Positions 1-10,200 of a stretch of DNA of 38,104 nt are shown here, piece after piece (position 1 is the stretch's first letter; each line of letters begins with the position of its first letter). The translations under genes and the position numbers were made by a program. Origin of the DNA: a virus; UHGV virus genome UHGV-0241771; one strand, given 5' to 3'. The notes below the pieces were generated by a model. It was not told where the DNA came from. It worked only from the letters and a program-made list of their open reading frames with translations, and did not search any database.

Positions 1-548
1 TCCTCCGGTTTGAAGACAGCCGCGTTACCGGGCCGGATTCCCTGCGCGTTTCCCGCCTTCCCGCCGCCGACAAGGGCGGCAAGTGGGAGATTTGCGGCAT
101 TTGCGACGGCATTGAACCGACCGTGTTTAACAGATTGAAGGCCCTGCTGGATGCCGGAAGGAGGGAGGAAGCCTGGGAAGGTTGTCTCCAGTACGTCCTG
201 GATAATACCGCCGCCGTGCGCTCCTGGCTGGGGTCTGACGCTTTTCCGGCCACGGAGTTTATGTTGCGGGACCATTTTTTCAATTCCGGGAGCAGGAATG
301 CCGGGAAGGTTTTGCAGCGCGCGCTGAATGTCCGCGGCGCCGGGCTTGTGGTGGATGGGGTTGTCGGCCCCAGGACCCGGCAGGAGTTGCAGGATCAGCT
401 GGCCGCTACGGGTGAAGCGGCGTTTCTTGTCGCCCTGCATGAGAGGCGTCAGGCGTTTTACCGCTCGTGCAGGCAGTTTCCCGTGTTCGGCAAAGGATGG
501 CTGAACCGCTGCGACGATGCGTTCAGCGTGGCGCAGGAGCTTGTTTAG
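1..548 (+). CDS. Endolysin, GH108-type lysozyme with C-terminal PG_binding_3-like domain; 5'-partial because the frame is open back to the window edge
   Basis: Frame is open from nt 3 with no stop upstream of GTG 123. Motifs: DHFFNSGSRNAGKVLQRAL, VDGVVGPRTRQEL and FGKGWLNRCDDA match the GH108/PG-binding architecture as I recall it. Confidence 0.75.
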   Translation, partial: LRFEDSRVTGPDSLRVSRLPAADKGGKWEICGICDGIEPTVFNRLKALLDAGRREEAWEGCLQYVLDNTAAVRSWLGSDAFPATEFMLRDHFFNSGSRNAGKVLQRALNVRGAGLVVDGVVGPRTRQELQDQLAATGEAAFLVALHERRQAFYRSCRQFPVFGKGWLNRCDDAFSVAQELV

Positions 549-567
549 TTGTTTACCATTAGTTGTT

Positions 568-858
568 ATGAGTTCAAATCCATTAAAAGCTGTCGGAGGG
601 GCCCTGGCAAATATCGCCACGTTCGGGGGATATGGAGCCAATAAGGCGGCCAAGAAGCAGGCAAGCGCCGCCAACGCTATGGCCGATGCCATGGCGAATG
701 CCCCGGAGCAGAAGGTTATTACTACGGAAACCAAGGATGTTTCCCAAGCGGAGAATGCGGTGAATTCGTCTGCCCGCCGCCGCTTGAAGCTTAGTAATAC
801 GACGAACCGGAGTAATCCTCTTTCTTCCCTGGCTGGCCTGAGGAAGACGCTGGGTTGA
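568..858 (+). CDS. Small hypothetical virion/lysis-region protein (96 aa, Ala/Gly-rich)
   Basis: ATG at 568 in the ORF 517..858. It lies between the lysin and the portal. No recognisable domain and no TM helix. Confidence 0.4.
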   Translation: MSSNPLKAVGGALANIATFGGYGANKAAKKQASAANAMADAMANAPEQKVITTETKDVSQAENAVNSSARRRLKLSNTTNRSNPLSSLAGLRKTLG

Positions 859-876
859 TTTTTACACAGGAGATCC

Positions 877-2541
877 ATGGAAAATGTTAAAGATTTATTG
901 AGGACGGCAGACGCCCTGTTCACGGAGATGAATAAGAATTCCGGGGATTGGGATGAATTGCGCCGGCGCATTATGCCGCGGATGGAGGGGAAGGCCCGCC
1001 AGCAGGAACAGGCTAATGAGATGACGGCTGCGTCCAGTTTTTCTCCGGTGGCGCATAAGTCCCTTTTGAATTTGGCGTCCGCTCATCTTCTTTTTATTAC
1101 TCCCATGGATCAGAAGTGGTTTTCCCTGCGGCCGCAGGAGGAAAGGGATGATTACACCGATGAGGACGATTGGTACAGCAGAGCGACGGAGGCCGTCTAC
1201 CGCGCGCTGGCGGATTCCAATTTTTATGCGGCGGCCCACGAGGTTTACCTGGACCGTTGCCTGACAGGGACAGGCTGCATGTTTGCAGATGTTTCCCGTG
1301 ACGGGTCCCTGGTGTTTAAACACGTCCCTACCGGGACTTATGCGATTGCCGAGGGAGCCCACGGGGAGGTGAATACGCTGGTGCGGACGTTGAAGTTTAC
1401 TGCCCAGCAGGCCGTGGAGATGTTTAAGCTGCGCAATCTGCCTGTCAAGATTCAGGAGGCGTATAAGGATGCGGAGAGGCGGTACACCGAGATGTTCGAG
1501 TTTGTTCACCTTGTACTGCCCAACAGCCGGGCGCAGTTCGGTTCCGACATGGTAAGGCCTGGCCGCCGCAAGTGGTTGGACGTGTATATTGCCAGGGAGG
1601 CGGAGAAGATTGTTTTCCATGGCGGCTTTTACGAGTTTCCTTTTTTGGTGACGCGCTTTTTGAAGGGTGGCGTTTCTTCTTACGGCGAGGCTCCGGGCAA
1701 GGCTGTGCTGCCGGAGATTAAGGCTACCCTGCTGATGGATCGGGTGATGGATGTGGCCGGCAGCCGGGCGGCAATTCCCAGCGTTATTGTGTCGGCTAAG
1801 ATGGCAAAGGAGGTTGATTTGCGGGCCGGAGGCAAGACGGTTGTTCCAGATGAGCTTATTGGTTCACAGTTTCCGAGGGAATGGGCGAACGTGGGGGATG
1901 TGAGGTTTATGCTGGAGCGGCAAGATAAGAAGGAGAAGTTGATCAGGGAGGCGTTTTTCAATGATATTCTCCAGGTGGTTTCAAGCGTGGACCGCGAGAT
2001 GACGGCTACGGAGGTGAATGCCCGCGAGTCGGAACGCATTATTTGCTTTTTTTCTTCTTTCATTCAGTTTTCGCAGGATTTCCAGACGATGATGAATCGC
2101 ATTGTCTGCCTGATGTTCCGCAATATGCAGGGGGCCGTGCTTCCGGGCGACGCGCCTGATGAGTTTTTTGTCCGTTCCGCCGATGGGGAGAAGTTTGAGT
2201 TGCGGACTCCCCGCACCCGCTATCTGGGCAAGATTGCCCAGGCATTTGACCGTTTGCAGAGGTACGGCCTTGAGGGGGTGCTGAATGGGTTGGCGAAGTA
2301 TATCCAGGTTTCGGGCGATACCCGCATTGCCAAGCGCATGAAGGCATGGGAGGTGCTGCGGTTTATGTGGGACAGTTCCGGCGCCCCGTCCAAGTGCATT
2401 GTGTCCGCGTCCGAGAATAGCAAGATGGTTGAGGAGGAGAGGGCTCAGGAGGATCAGATGCGTCAGGCCGCCCTTGCGGAACAATTGGCCAAGGCCGGCA
2501 GGGATAGCGCCGCGGCGTCCGCACAGTTTAATACGGAATGA
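877..2541 (+). CDS. Portal (head-to-tail connector) protein, T7 gp8-like
   Basis: AGGAG SD 6 nt upstream of the ATG. SLLNLASAHLLFITPMDQKWFSL resembles T7 gp8 LNNLASKLMLALFPMQTWMRL. A SYG segment and a C-terminal helical region are also alike. 554 aa. Confidence 0.8.
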   Translation: MENVKDLLRTADALFTEMNKNSGDWDELRRRIMPRMEGKARQQEQANEMTAASSFSPVAHKSLLNLASAHLLFITPMDQKWFSLRPQEERDDYTDEDDWYSRATEAVYRALADSNFYAAAHEVYLDRCLTGTGCMFADVSRDGSLVFKHVPTGTYAIAEGAHGEVNTLVRTLKFTAQQAVEMFKLRNLPVKIQEAYKDAERRYTEMFEFVHLVLPNSRAQFGSDMVRPGRRKWLDVYIAREAEKIVFHGGFYEFPFLVTRFLKGGVSSYGEAPGKAVLPEIKATLLMDRVMDVAGSRAAIPSVIVSAKMAKEVDLRAGGKTVVPDELIGSQFPREWANVGDVRFMLERQDKKEKLIREAFFNDILQVVSSVDREMTATEVNARESERIICFFSSFIQFSQDFQTMMNRIVCLMFRNMQGAVLPGDAPDEFFVRSADGEKFELRTPRTRYLGKIAQAFDRLQRYGLEGVLNGLAKYIQVSGDTRIAKRMKAWEVLRFMWDSSGAPSKCIVSASENSKMVEEERAQEDQMRQAALAEQLAKAGRDSAAASAQFNTE

Positions 2542-2810
2542 TGATGAATATGTTTGAAGATAAGCCGACACCGGAACAGGTTGAGTTTCTCAAGAGGCTC
2601 AACCGGAGACGAGCCGCGCTGAAGGAGGCTTTTACTCCGGAGGTGCTGGATATTTTAGAGAAGGAGTTCCAGACGAATTTGCCCTGCTTTCAAGGGAAGG
2701 CTGGTTCCTACGATCCCCTTGACGCAATGCGCCGAGATGCCCAGCGGGAAGTTCTCCTGTGGGTAAGATACGAGATTGAACAATATAACCCTGATTTACA
2801 TGACCTATAG
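2538..2810 (+). CDS. Hypothetical small protein (90 aa)
   Basis: ATGA overlap with the portal stop. Charged helical composition. Confidence 0.45.
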   Translation: MMMNMFEDKPTPEQVEFLKRLNRRRAALKEAFTPEVLDILEKEFQTNLPCFQGKAGSYDPLDAMRRDAQREVLLWVRYEIEQYNPDLHDL

Positions 2811-3555
2811 TAGACTATTCCATAACAGGTTCTTATACGAAGAGGCCATTCCGGAAGGGGGGGCTGGCGGCAATGGCGCTCCGTCTCCCACGAATGACGC
2901 TCCTCCTGCGAATCCCGCGGGAGGCGGATCTCCCGCGGATCCTCCTGTCCCGTCCAATCCCTACGATTTTTCAGGGGGTACGGAAGAGCCCGATCCGGCT
3001 CCCGGCAGTCCTCCCCCGCTTTCTCCGCAGGAGGAGACCGAGTATGAGATTGATTTTGGGGAGGGGTTTGTGGAGAATGATGCCCTGCGGGATATGCTGA
3101 AGGGACATGCCAGGGCGGCAGGGCTGCCGGCCGATGCCGCCGGGAAGTTTCTTTCCGAGGTGGCTGCCAGCATCCGCGCGGACGAGGAGGCGGCTTTTAA
3201 GGAGGCTGACGAAGCGTTGAAGGACGAATGGGGAGCGGAGTATGAGACGAATGTTTCTGCCTCCAAGGCTTTTGCCCGGAAGCTTTCCGTGGAGTCCGGC
3301 GTTCCTATGGAGAAGATGGCTGTGTTTGCGAGTCCGGACGGGTTCCGCGTTCTGCACGCCATTTCCCGGATGATAGGCGAGGGAGGCTTGAAGGGCGGCG
3401 GTCAGATTCCGGCGAAGACGGACCCTGCCGACGAGGCTCAAGCTATTTTGTCCGACCCCAATCACCGTTATTATAAGGCAATCGCCGATCCTTCACATCC
3501 ACAGTGGCGGGAGGCTACCGATTATTATAATAAGCTGGTGGGGATTTCCGGTTAG
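2776..3555 (+). CDS. Scaffolding-like protein (acidic, Pro/Gly-rich N-terminus); start uncertain (TTG 2776 or ATG 2800)
   Basis: Sits immediately after the portal. Acidic helical body. C-terminal SDPNHRYYKAIADPSHPQWREATDYYNKL resembles the T7 gp9 C-terminus (SDPRYRTDANYRRQVEQKV). Confidence 0.5.
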   Translation: MNNITLIYMTYSRLFHNRFLYEEAIPEGGAGGNGAPSPTNDAPPANPAGGGSPADPPVPSNPYDFSGGTEEPDPAPGSPPPLSPQEETEYEIDFGEGFVENDALRDMLKGHARAAGLPADAAGKFLSEVAASIRADEEAAFKEADEALKDEWGAEYETNVSASKAFARKLSVESGVPMEKMAVFASPDGFRVLHAISRMIGEGGLKGGGQIPAKTDPADEAQAILSDPNHRYYKAIADPSHPQWREATDYYNKLVGISG

Positions 3556-3620
3556 TTTTTTTTGCGTTGACTATTGGTTCGGAGGGGTGTCCTGCTGTGC
3601 GGGGCGCCCTTTCTTTTTTC

Positions 3621-3648
3621 ATTTGTTCAAGTTACGGTTGTATTCATC
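3621..3648 (+). promoter_or_regulatory. Conserved 28-bp element ATTTgtTCAAGTTACGGTTGTATTCATC, copy 1, upstream of the gp11-like gene
   Basis: Near-identical copy (2 mismatches) at 33041..33068, upstream of the gp12-like gene. Both copies lie 18-28 bp before an ATG. Confidence 0.5.
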
Positions 3649-3665
3649 AGTCCTGGGGATGTGGC

Positions 3666-4235
3666 ATGATGCCTCAAATGGATAAGGTGACCGTTTTTAA
3701 CCAGGCTTTGGCCCAGTTGGGGGACCGGGAGTATGTGAAGGGTTCCCCAGCCGGTCGCACCGTTGATTTGTGGTGGCCTACCGTGTTGCAGGAAGCGCTG
3801 TTGTTCGGGGCATGGACCTGGGCAACCAAACGGGTTGAGATGGAGCGCTCTGTCATGAGGCATCCGATTCCGGATGATTGCCTGCGCGTGCTGTATGTGG
3901 GGGCGGATTTGTTCCGCATTGAGGGGCGTGATTTGGTGGTTGAGCGTTACGGGAAACGCGCCGCCGGGACCGATAAGCTGGTGGTGGATTATCTTTCCGA
4001 CGAGGTGGCCCGCTCCGAAGTGCTGCCGGATCATAGTCCGTTTTTCATCAAGGGCGTTGTGTTTCTTCTGGCTGGCAGGTGCGCTTTGAAGCTGGCTTCT
4101 TCTCCCCAGCTTGCAGCCGCTTTGGAGGCACAGGGTGAGGCGTTTTTAAGCAAGGCCCTTTATTGGGACACCTGCCAGCATGCTTCCAATGACCAGGATC
4201 CGTTAACAGAGATTTTAAACAGTTCCATTTTCTGA
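3666..4235 (+). CDS. Tail tubular protein A / adaptor, T7 gp11-like
   Basis: N-terminal VTVFNQALAQLG...WTWAT and C-terminal LPDHSPFFIKGVVFLLAGRCALKLA resemble the T7 gp11 pattern. Size is ~190 aa, similar to gp11. Confidence 0.45.
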   Translation: MMPQMDKVTVFNQALAQLGDREYVKGSPAGRTVDLWWPTVLQEALLFGAWTWATKRVEMERSVMRHPIPDDCLRVLYVGADLFRIEGRDLVVERYGKRAAGTDKLVVDYLSDEVARSEVLPDHSPFFIKGVVFLLAGRCALKLASSPQLAAALEAQGEAFLSKALYWDTCQHASNDQDPLTEILNSSIF

Positions 4236-4239
4236 TGTT

Positions 4240-4935
4240 ATGAGTTCCGATTTCGGGGTTTCCCAGCAGTATAAGTATCAGGGGCAGGCGGCTTTGAGCA
4301 ACGGGCGCGCCACGCAGGCGGCTTATGAGAAGAAGGCCCGCGCCCTGGAGGCAGAGGCGGTTTCCGATTCCCACCTGGCCGCCCGCAATATGAAGCGGAT
4401 GCGCCAGAATCAGAATACCGCCATGGGGTCTGCACGGGCACAGCGCGGCGGATCCGGTTTTACTTCCGAGGGTTCCGGAAGCCAGGCGGAGGTGGCGGTG
4501 GCGGATGTGTGGGAGAGCGCCATTGGGGATGCGGCCCTTTCCAACGCGGTTTCCGATGCCAATAAGCGGTTTGCCGCGGAGTCCGCCCGATACCAGGGTG
4601 ATCTGGCCATGATGGCGGCACACAGCGAGGCGGACCAGTATAAGATGCTTTCACAGAATGCCCTTGGTTCTGCCATGATTCAGACGGCCCTGACGGTGGC
4701 GGGGGGAGTCATGGGGGCGGCAGGAATGTCCGGTGGAGGATTGCTGGGGGGTGTTACCGAGAGCGGGCAGACGTGGGGTTCCGCCGCCGGGGGATCCCAG
4801 GGGGCTTTTTCCGGGATGATGAATGCTTATTCCCTTTCCGGTTCCCTGGGGGGGATGGTGCCGGGGAGCATGCAGTCTTCCAACAGGTTGAGGGATTCCC
4901 TGCTGGCTAATTTCATGGGTTTTGGAAAGAGATGA
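4240..4935 (+). CDS. Internal virion/ejection protein (gp14 position), Gly-rich C-terminus
   Basis: Tightly packed after the gp11-like gene. Gly/Ser/Met-rich tail (GGVMGAAGMSGGGLLGG). Confidence 0.45.
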   Translation: MSSDFGVSQQYKYQGQAALSNGRATQAAYEKKARALEAEAVSDSHLAARNMKRMRQNQNTAMGSARAQRGGSGFTSEGSGSQAEVAVADVWESAIGDAALSNAVSDANKRFAAESARYQGDLAMMAAHSEADQYKMLSQNALGSAMIQTALTVAGGVMGAAGMSGGGLLGGVTESGQTWGSAAGGSQGAFSGMMNAYSLSGSLGGMVPGSMQSSNRLRDSLLANFMGFGKR

Positions 4936-5273
4936 GCGTTTCTCCCATGCAGCAGGCTTTTTTACTGATGGAAGCCCAGCGCCCCGGCTGGTTCCGGGAG
5001 ACCGTTTCCCTGGCGGATGCGGGAGGCGGGGTCGTGTGGTGCTGCCCTTCGTTGTTTTTTGCGGGGGTGCCAGATCCGGAGTCCCCCAGGACGTTGATTA
5101 TTCTTTTTGCCCACGGCCGCATGGAGGCCGTCAGGGAGCTGGCTTGTCTGGTGCAGGGGCGTTTTGACCGGGCAAGGTGGCAGCGCTGCATCCGCGGACG
5201 CGAGGACTGGAAGGAGATTTCCATCCCAAGGTTTTTAAGTTTTAACCGTTTCAAGATGAACGAAGATGAGTGA
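4932..5273 (+). CDS. Hypothetical small core-region protein (113 aa)
   Basis: ATGA overlap at both ends links it into the structural operon. Confidence 0.4.
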   Translation: MSVSPMQQAFLLMEAQRPGWFRETVSLADAGGGVVWCCPSLFFAGVPDPESPRTLIILFAHGRMEAVRELACLVQGRFDRARWQRCIRGREDWKEISIPRFLSFNRFKMNEDE

Positions 5274-7224
5274 TTTACAGCAACCCTTGTACGGAGGAAC
5301 CCGGATGAATGCGGCTTCCTCCACCCCTTCCCCGATCCAGATGCCGGATGTTTCTTCCAAGCCCGTTCAGAGGGCGCTGCAGAATGCCCAGGAGTTTGTG
5401 TCTGATGTTGCCCACCAGTACCAGCGCATGAAGGATTTCGGCGAGCAGACGCGGCTGGAAGGCCAGATGAATGATTTGGCCAGCGAGTTTGAGCAGGAGA
5501 TAACACGGAGATTGGGGTTTGCCCGCGGTCATGAGCTGTCTTTTTACGATCGTGACGGGAGGCTGAAAGAGAGCGCCCTGAATACGTTTGTGCGGAATTA
5601 CGAAGGGAAGTTCCGCGGGTTGAAGGGAAGTTTTGTTTCCCAGGAGGAGGCTTCCAGGTTCGGAGTCAGAAAGCAGGATGTGATGCGCCGACTCCAGGGG
5701 CGGGCTTCCGAGTTGATGCTTAAGGGGCAGATTCAGGAGTCCAGGCAGGCTTTTGAGGAAGGGTTGAAGGGGGATTTGCTGCGGAGGGATTTCCAGGGAG
5801 CCACCCGTAGGCGCATTCAAGCTTACGAGGCCGGCATTGTTTCTGAGAATGGAATGAACAACGGTATTCTGGAAGATACACGGAACGGCCTTTTGGACGA
5901 ATACGAGCAGGATATGCTGATTAACCCCAGTGTTGCTTTTACGAAGCTTGGAGACGGCTATTTTGATGCTCTGGGCGCAGGAGATGTTTTAAAGCTGAAG
6001 GAGAAGACCAGAAGGTTTTTACGTTCCGCGAACCGCTCCGAAGGTGAAGATGGTGCGCCCGGTTACAGAAAGGGTTCTCTTTGGCCGAAAGCTTCCCTCC
6101 GTTACGGAGCCACGGAGCAGGAATACGACTGGGTGGAGCATTATAACCGGACCGGTAGTTACGGGAAATACGCCCCTTCCATTAAGTTTGCCTTCCGGGA
6201 GGATTTACGGAATCTGCCTCCCGCCAATTCCGGCGAAGAAAGAACGAGGTACGTCAATGACATGTTGAAGAAGTGGGGGCAGTATGGACAGGTTCTTGGA
6301 GATGAAAGGAAGCTGCGCCTGTTTGTAGAAGACCGGATTGACGCCATGGGGAGACCCAATACGAACCGGAATAATATAGAGGCCGTTTTGAAGGCCATGC
6401 CGGATCATGTGTATATTCCTTATTTTTCTTACCAGGTAGCTAATGCTTACAAGAGTGGCGACCAGGAGCAGATTAAGAAGGCAGAGAGTACGCGGGATGA
6501 GGTGGAGGCAGATATTTTGTATAAGACGGAACTTTCCATGACGGAGTGGAGACAGGCTCATCCCAATGCCACACTTGCCCAAGATCTTGCGCAGATCCAT
6601 CAATTTACCGCTTTTCATGCCGGGAACAGGTTTGCCTATCGGCCTATTATTGAAGAAGATAAGAAAAGATCTGACGAGAGCCGCATGAAGAAGGCGCTGG
6701 AGTCCATGCCTTTGTATTCTTTTGAGCAACAGGAAGAGTTGAACGTGTCTCCAGAAGAGAGGGAGGCCCAGCAAAAGAAGGCGGCACAATATATTAAGGG
6801 CCAAAGACCTTATTTGCCTTCCCCTCTTGAGAACCACCCTGTTTCTTTTGTCCGGCATGCTACATCCGGAGCGTATGTTTCCAAGCAGGCTTATGAGGCT
6901 ATCAAGGCTAAGTTTGGGAATAGACCTTTTGCCCGCATTTCTCTGGGACGCAATGGAGCTTTCCTAAGGGTTCCCGTCGTCGGGGTCTATGAGGGAACCC
7001 CGCGGGGAGTTGAGGTTTCAGGACCGCTTTATGAACGCATGGCGTTAAGGTTTCCCGGTGAACAGGCCAGCGGGAATGTCAGCATTTACGACGGGCAGGA
7101 TGAACCGGAAGCGCCGGAAGATGGATACGGACCAGGGTTGCTGCCTCCTTTGCCGGGTGGAGACGATACTTACACGCAGGTGAACGATATTGGCGACTCC
7201 GCCCTTCTTCCTCTTTACCAATAG
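5266..7224 (+). CDS. Internal virion protein (gp15 position), 652 aa
   Basis: Large helical charged protein directly upstream of the giant gp16-position gene. No enzymatic motif seen. Confidence 0.5.
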   Translation: MSDLQQPLYGGTRMNAASSTPSPIQMPDVSSKPVQRALQNAQEFVSDVAHQYQRMKDFGEQTRLEGQMNDLASEFEQEITRRLGFARGHELSFYDRDGRLKESALNTFVRNYEGKFRGLKGSFVSQEEASRFGVRKQDVMRRLQGRASELMLKGQIQESRQAFEEGLKGDLLRRDFQGATRRRIQAYEAGIVSENGMNNGILEDTRNGLLDEYEQDMLINPSVAFTKLGDGYFDALGAGDVLKLKEKTRRFLRSANRSEGEDGAPGYRKGSLWPKASLRYGATEQEYDWVEHYNRTGSYGKYAPSIKFAFREDLRNLPPANSGEERTRYVNDMLKKWGQYGQVLGDERKLRLFVEDRIDAMGRPNTNRNNIEAVLKAMPDHVYIPYFSYQVANAYKSGDQEQIKKAESTRDEVEADILYKTELSMTEWRQAHPNATLAQDLAQIHQFTAFHAGNRFAYRPIIEEDKKRSDESRMKKALESMPLYSFEQQEELNVSPEEREAQQKKAAQYIKGQRPYLPSPLENHPVSFVRHATSGAYVSKQAYEAIKAKFGNRPFARISLGRNGAFLRVPVVGVYEGTPRGVEVSGPLYERMALRFPGEQASGNVSIYDGQDEPEAPEDGYGPGLLPPLPGGDDTYTQVNDIGDSALLPLYQ

Positions 7225-7241
7225 TTTTAGCACAAGAATAT

Positions 7242-10200
7242 ATGTTTGCACAGGATGTTTTTGAGAGGTTGGGGCTGTCCCAAGATATGGATTTATTGAA
7301 AGAACTCCAGAAAGAGGCATTGTCAGAGCCAACGGAAGCGGCGCAGAGTCCCTATATGGATGACCCGGCATATGCCGGTTTTGAGACCTTGCGCGGTTTG
7401 TTTGGTTCCAATCATGGAGATAATCCCTCCATGTATTGGCTGGCACAGGGAAAAGAGATGCCTGAATTTGCCACCGTGGCGGACGCACAGGCTGCCGTCT
7501 GGAAGGATTTCCAGAAAAAAGCCCGTGCTTATCAGGCAGAGCAGGAGCGACAGCAACAGGCACGGGAGGCATTGGCTGCTACGATTGATCCCTTCATTGA
7601 CCGGTACGTGCGCGGGGACACTGTTGTTCCCTCCCCTGAACAGGTAATGATGATGCAGGAGGCGGGCATTTCCTGGGAGAGTGTCAGACGAGCCCGCAGA
7701 GGGATGCAACTTGTCCGGGAATATGACGCGCAGGGCACCCTGTACGACGACAGGATCATCAATAATCTGGCGGAACAGGTGGGAGATGATGAGCTGGCAC
7801 GGCGCATTGTGCTGAATATGTTTTATAATGACGCCAGGAAGTACGCCAAGGATAAGCACGGTGACGAGTGGACCGGGATTGACTGGATAGATAAGGCAGC
7901 CCAAGGGGTAACGGGGATGGTACGCACCGGGGGCGTGAAGGGATGGCGGACAGGTCAGAAGGCCTGGCGGAATTTACAGGTAATGGGAGAGGTGGATGCC
8001 GTTACGAATGCAGCTAAGCGTCTACCGGAGTTGATTGCTTCCGGAATGGATGTGGATGAAGCACGCGCTCAGATTGAGAAGGATGCCACTTTTCTTGAGA
8101 TACGACGCCGCTGGGCTGCCGATCTGGTTGAAACTATGGAAGCCGGGGAAAAGGAATATCTGGAAGGGGAGGACCGTCATTTGGTTGGCCGCATTGGTTC
8201 GCAGCTTGGTTCCATTATCGGAGATACGGCTCCCTGGTTCATTCCTGCCATTGGTCCTGCTATCGGAGCTTCCTCCGCCATGCAATCCCGCAGGGATGAG
8301 GGGGTAAGCATTGGGTTAACGATGGAGGAAACGGAGAAGAGGGCCATGATGTTCGGCCAGGCAGATGCTCTGGAAGAGATGATTGCTTTTTCCCCCATCG
8401 GGCGGTTGACGCCCGGATATAAGTGGTTGAAGAAGGCTCTTGGCGGTGGGAAGGCCGCCGGGAAGCTGGCCCCGTGGCGGGCTCGATGGATGGCGAGTCC
8501 GAAGGCCCAGTACGCTATTCAAGGGCTTTCCGGTGCTGCGGAAGAGGCCATTTTTGAGCCTACAGCCGGGTATTTGATGCGTACTGTACAGAGCATGAAC
8601 CTGACGGACGAACGCGGAAAACAGACTTTCCGTCAGTATTTGGACGATATGGGGCAGATGATGCACGGAGAACAGGGTCTTGCCCTGCTGGCATTTACGT
8701 TTGGGATGTCCGGCTTTAATTATCCTCAAATCAAAAAGGCGGCCCAAGAGTTTGGCCTTTCTTTGCAACATTACAAGGAATTGGGAGGCACGGTCCAGGG
8801 GTATCTGGAAGCCAGGGAGGAAAAGACCGCCGAAGGTTTTTTGAATAAGGCTCTTTCCCATTTGCATGATTCCTGGATGGAGGATCCGCAGGCTTCCATG
8901 GAGCGGGCGAGCGCGGCTGCCGGAGAACGCCTTTCCGGGGAGCGCATTGAGTCTTTGCGGGAGCTGGACGCGTGGCGGGCCGCCGAAGATGCCGGCATGG
9001 TGCCCAGGGTGGAGCCGGCGGAACAGGAGGGGATGTTCCGGGTGTATGCTCCGGCGCGCGGCACGGAAGCGCCGCGGGAGGATGCTTCCGTTTCCGGAGA
9101 GGGACAGGAAGAGGGCGCCCCTTCCTACACGCTGATGGACGGCGAGCAGATGACGGCTTATTTGCAGGCGTTTGTGGATGCCGATATGGAACATGCCATT
9201 GTCGGGGCACAACATTTGCTGGCCGGGGATGTGACCGTGGGCCAGGCCCTGGCCCAGGGGCGTTTTGACGCGGCGGAGGTGATTACGCGCACAGTGACGG
9301 ATGAACAGACAGGGGCCGAACGGGTGGTGATTGCCCCGGAGACGCTGGGGCAGATGAAGGCCCGCGCGGATATGGCGATGGCCGCTATCCGCGCCCTGGA
9401 GGCGGAGGGGGTGAGTTATGAGGAGGCCGCCGCCCGCATGGATGCTTCCCTAAGCGAGCATATTCCGCTGGGGATCCTTGTGCAGACATGGGAGGAATCC
9501 CAGGAACGCATCAGGACGGAACAGGCCCGGAACCTGGAGTTTAAGGCTCCTGCCATGGATGCCCCGTTTTCCAACGCTTATGTGACGAAGGTGCGCCGGG
9601 GAGATACGTTCCGCCGGGTGTTGAGGTATGCCCGCGGGAACGCGACGGTGGAGGATTTGATGGAGGAGACGATGGAACAGGCGGTCATTTCCTGGCAGGC
9701 GGAGCAGGGTTTGTCCTGGGACGAGTTCGGCGCGATGCTCCAAGAGGCGCAGAGGGTGATGATTGAGTTGTTTCCGGAGGCGCGGGGGGAGGAGATGCAG
9801 TTTATTCACCTGGACGCCGGGAAGCCGGTGACGGGTCATGACGCGATTGAGGCGTTTTCCAAAATCGGGCGTTCCCGCTGGCTGGCGGACGCGGTGCGGA
9901 GTACGTCCCTGCCCTCCTGGCTGCGGAATTTGCTGAATCACCTGGTGAGGTTCCTGGGGTATTTTAAGGCGCGCGTGGAGTTGGGCGAGATGGTGCGCCA
10001 GGCGGAGGAACAGGGCGTGTTTTCCCTGCCGGTGCGTCAGGCCCTGGCGGTGATGCTGGATGCGGGGAATGCCCTGTACCGGGACCAGCAGGGGGATTTG
10101 ATGGAGTTGTCCATGGAGCGGGCCAGAGCGCAGGCGGGGCTGGACGCAATGTTTGGCGCGGGCGTGGCGACGGAGGCCCGGACGCTGGAGGATGAGCTGG

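Noticed and set aside
3621-3648. T7-type phage RNA-polymerase promoter interpretation of the 28-bp repeat
   Set aside because: No single-subunit RNA polymerase gene is in the window, and only two copies were seen. Kept as a generic regulatory element.
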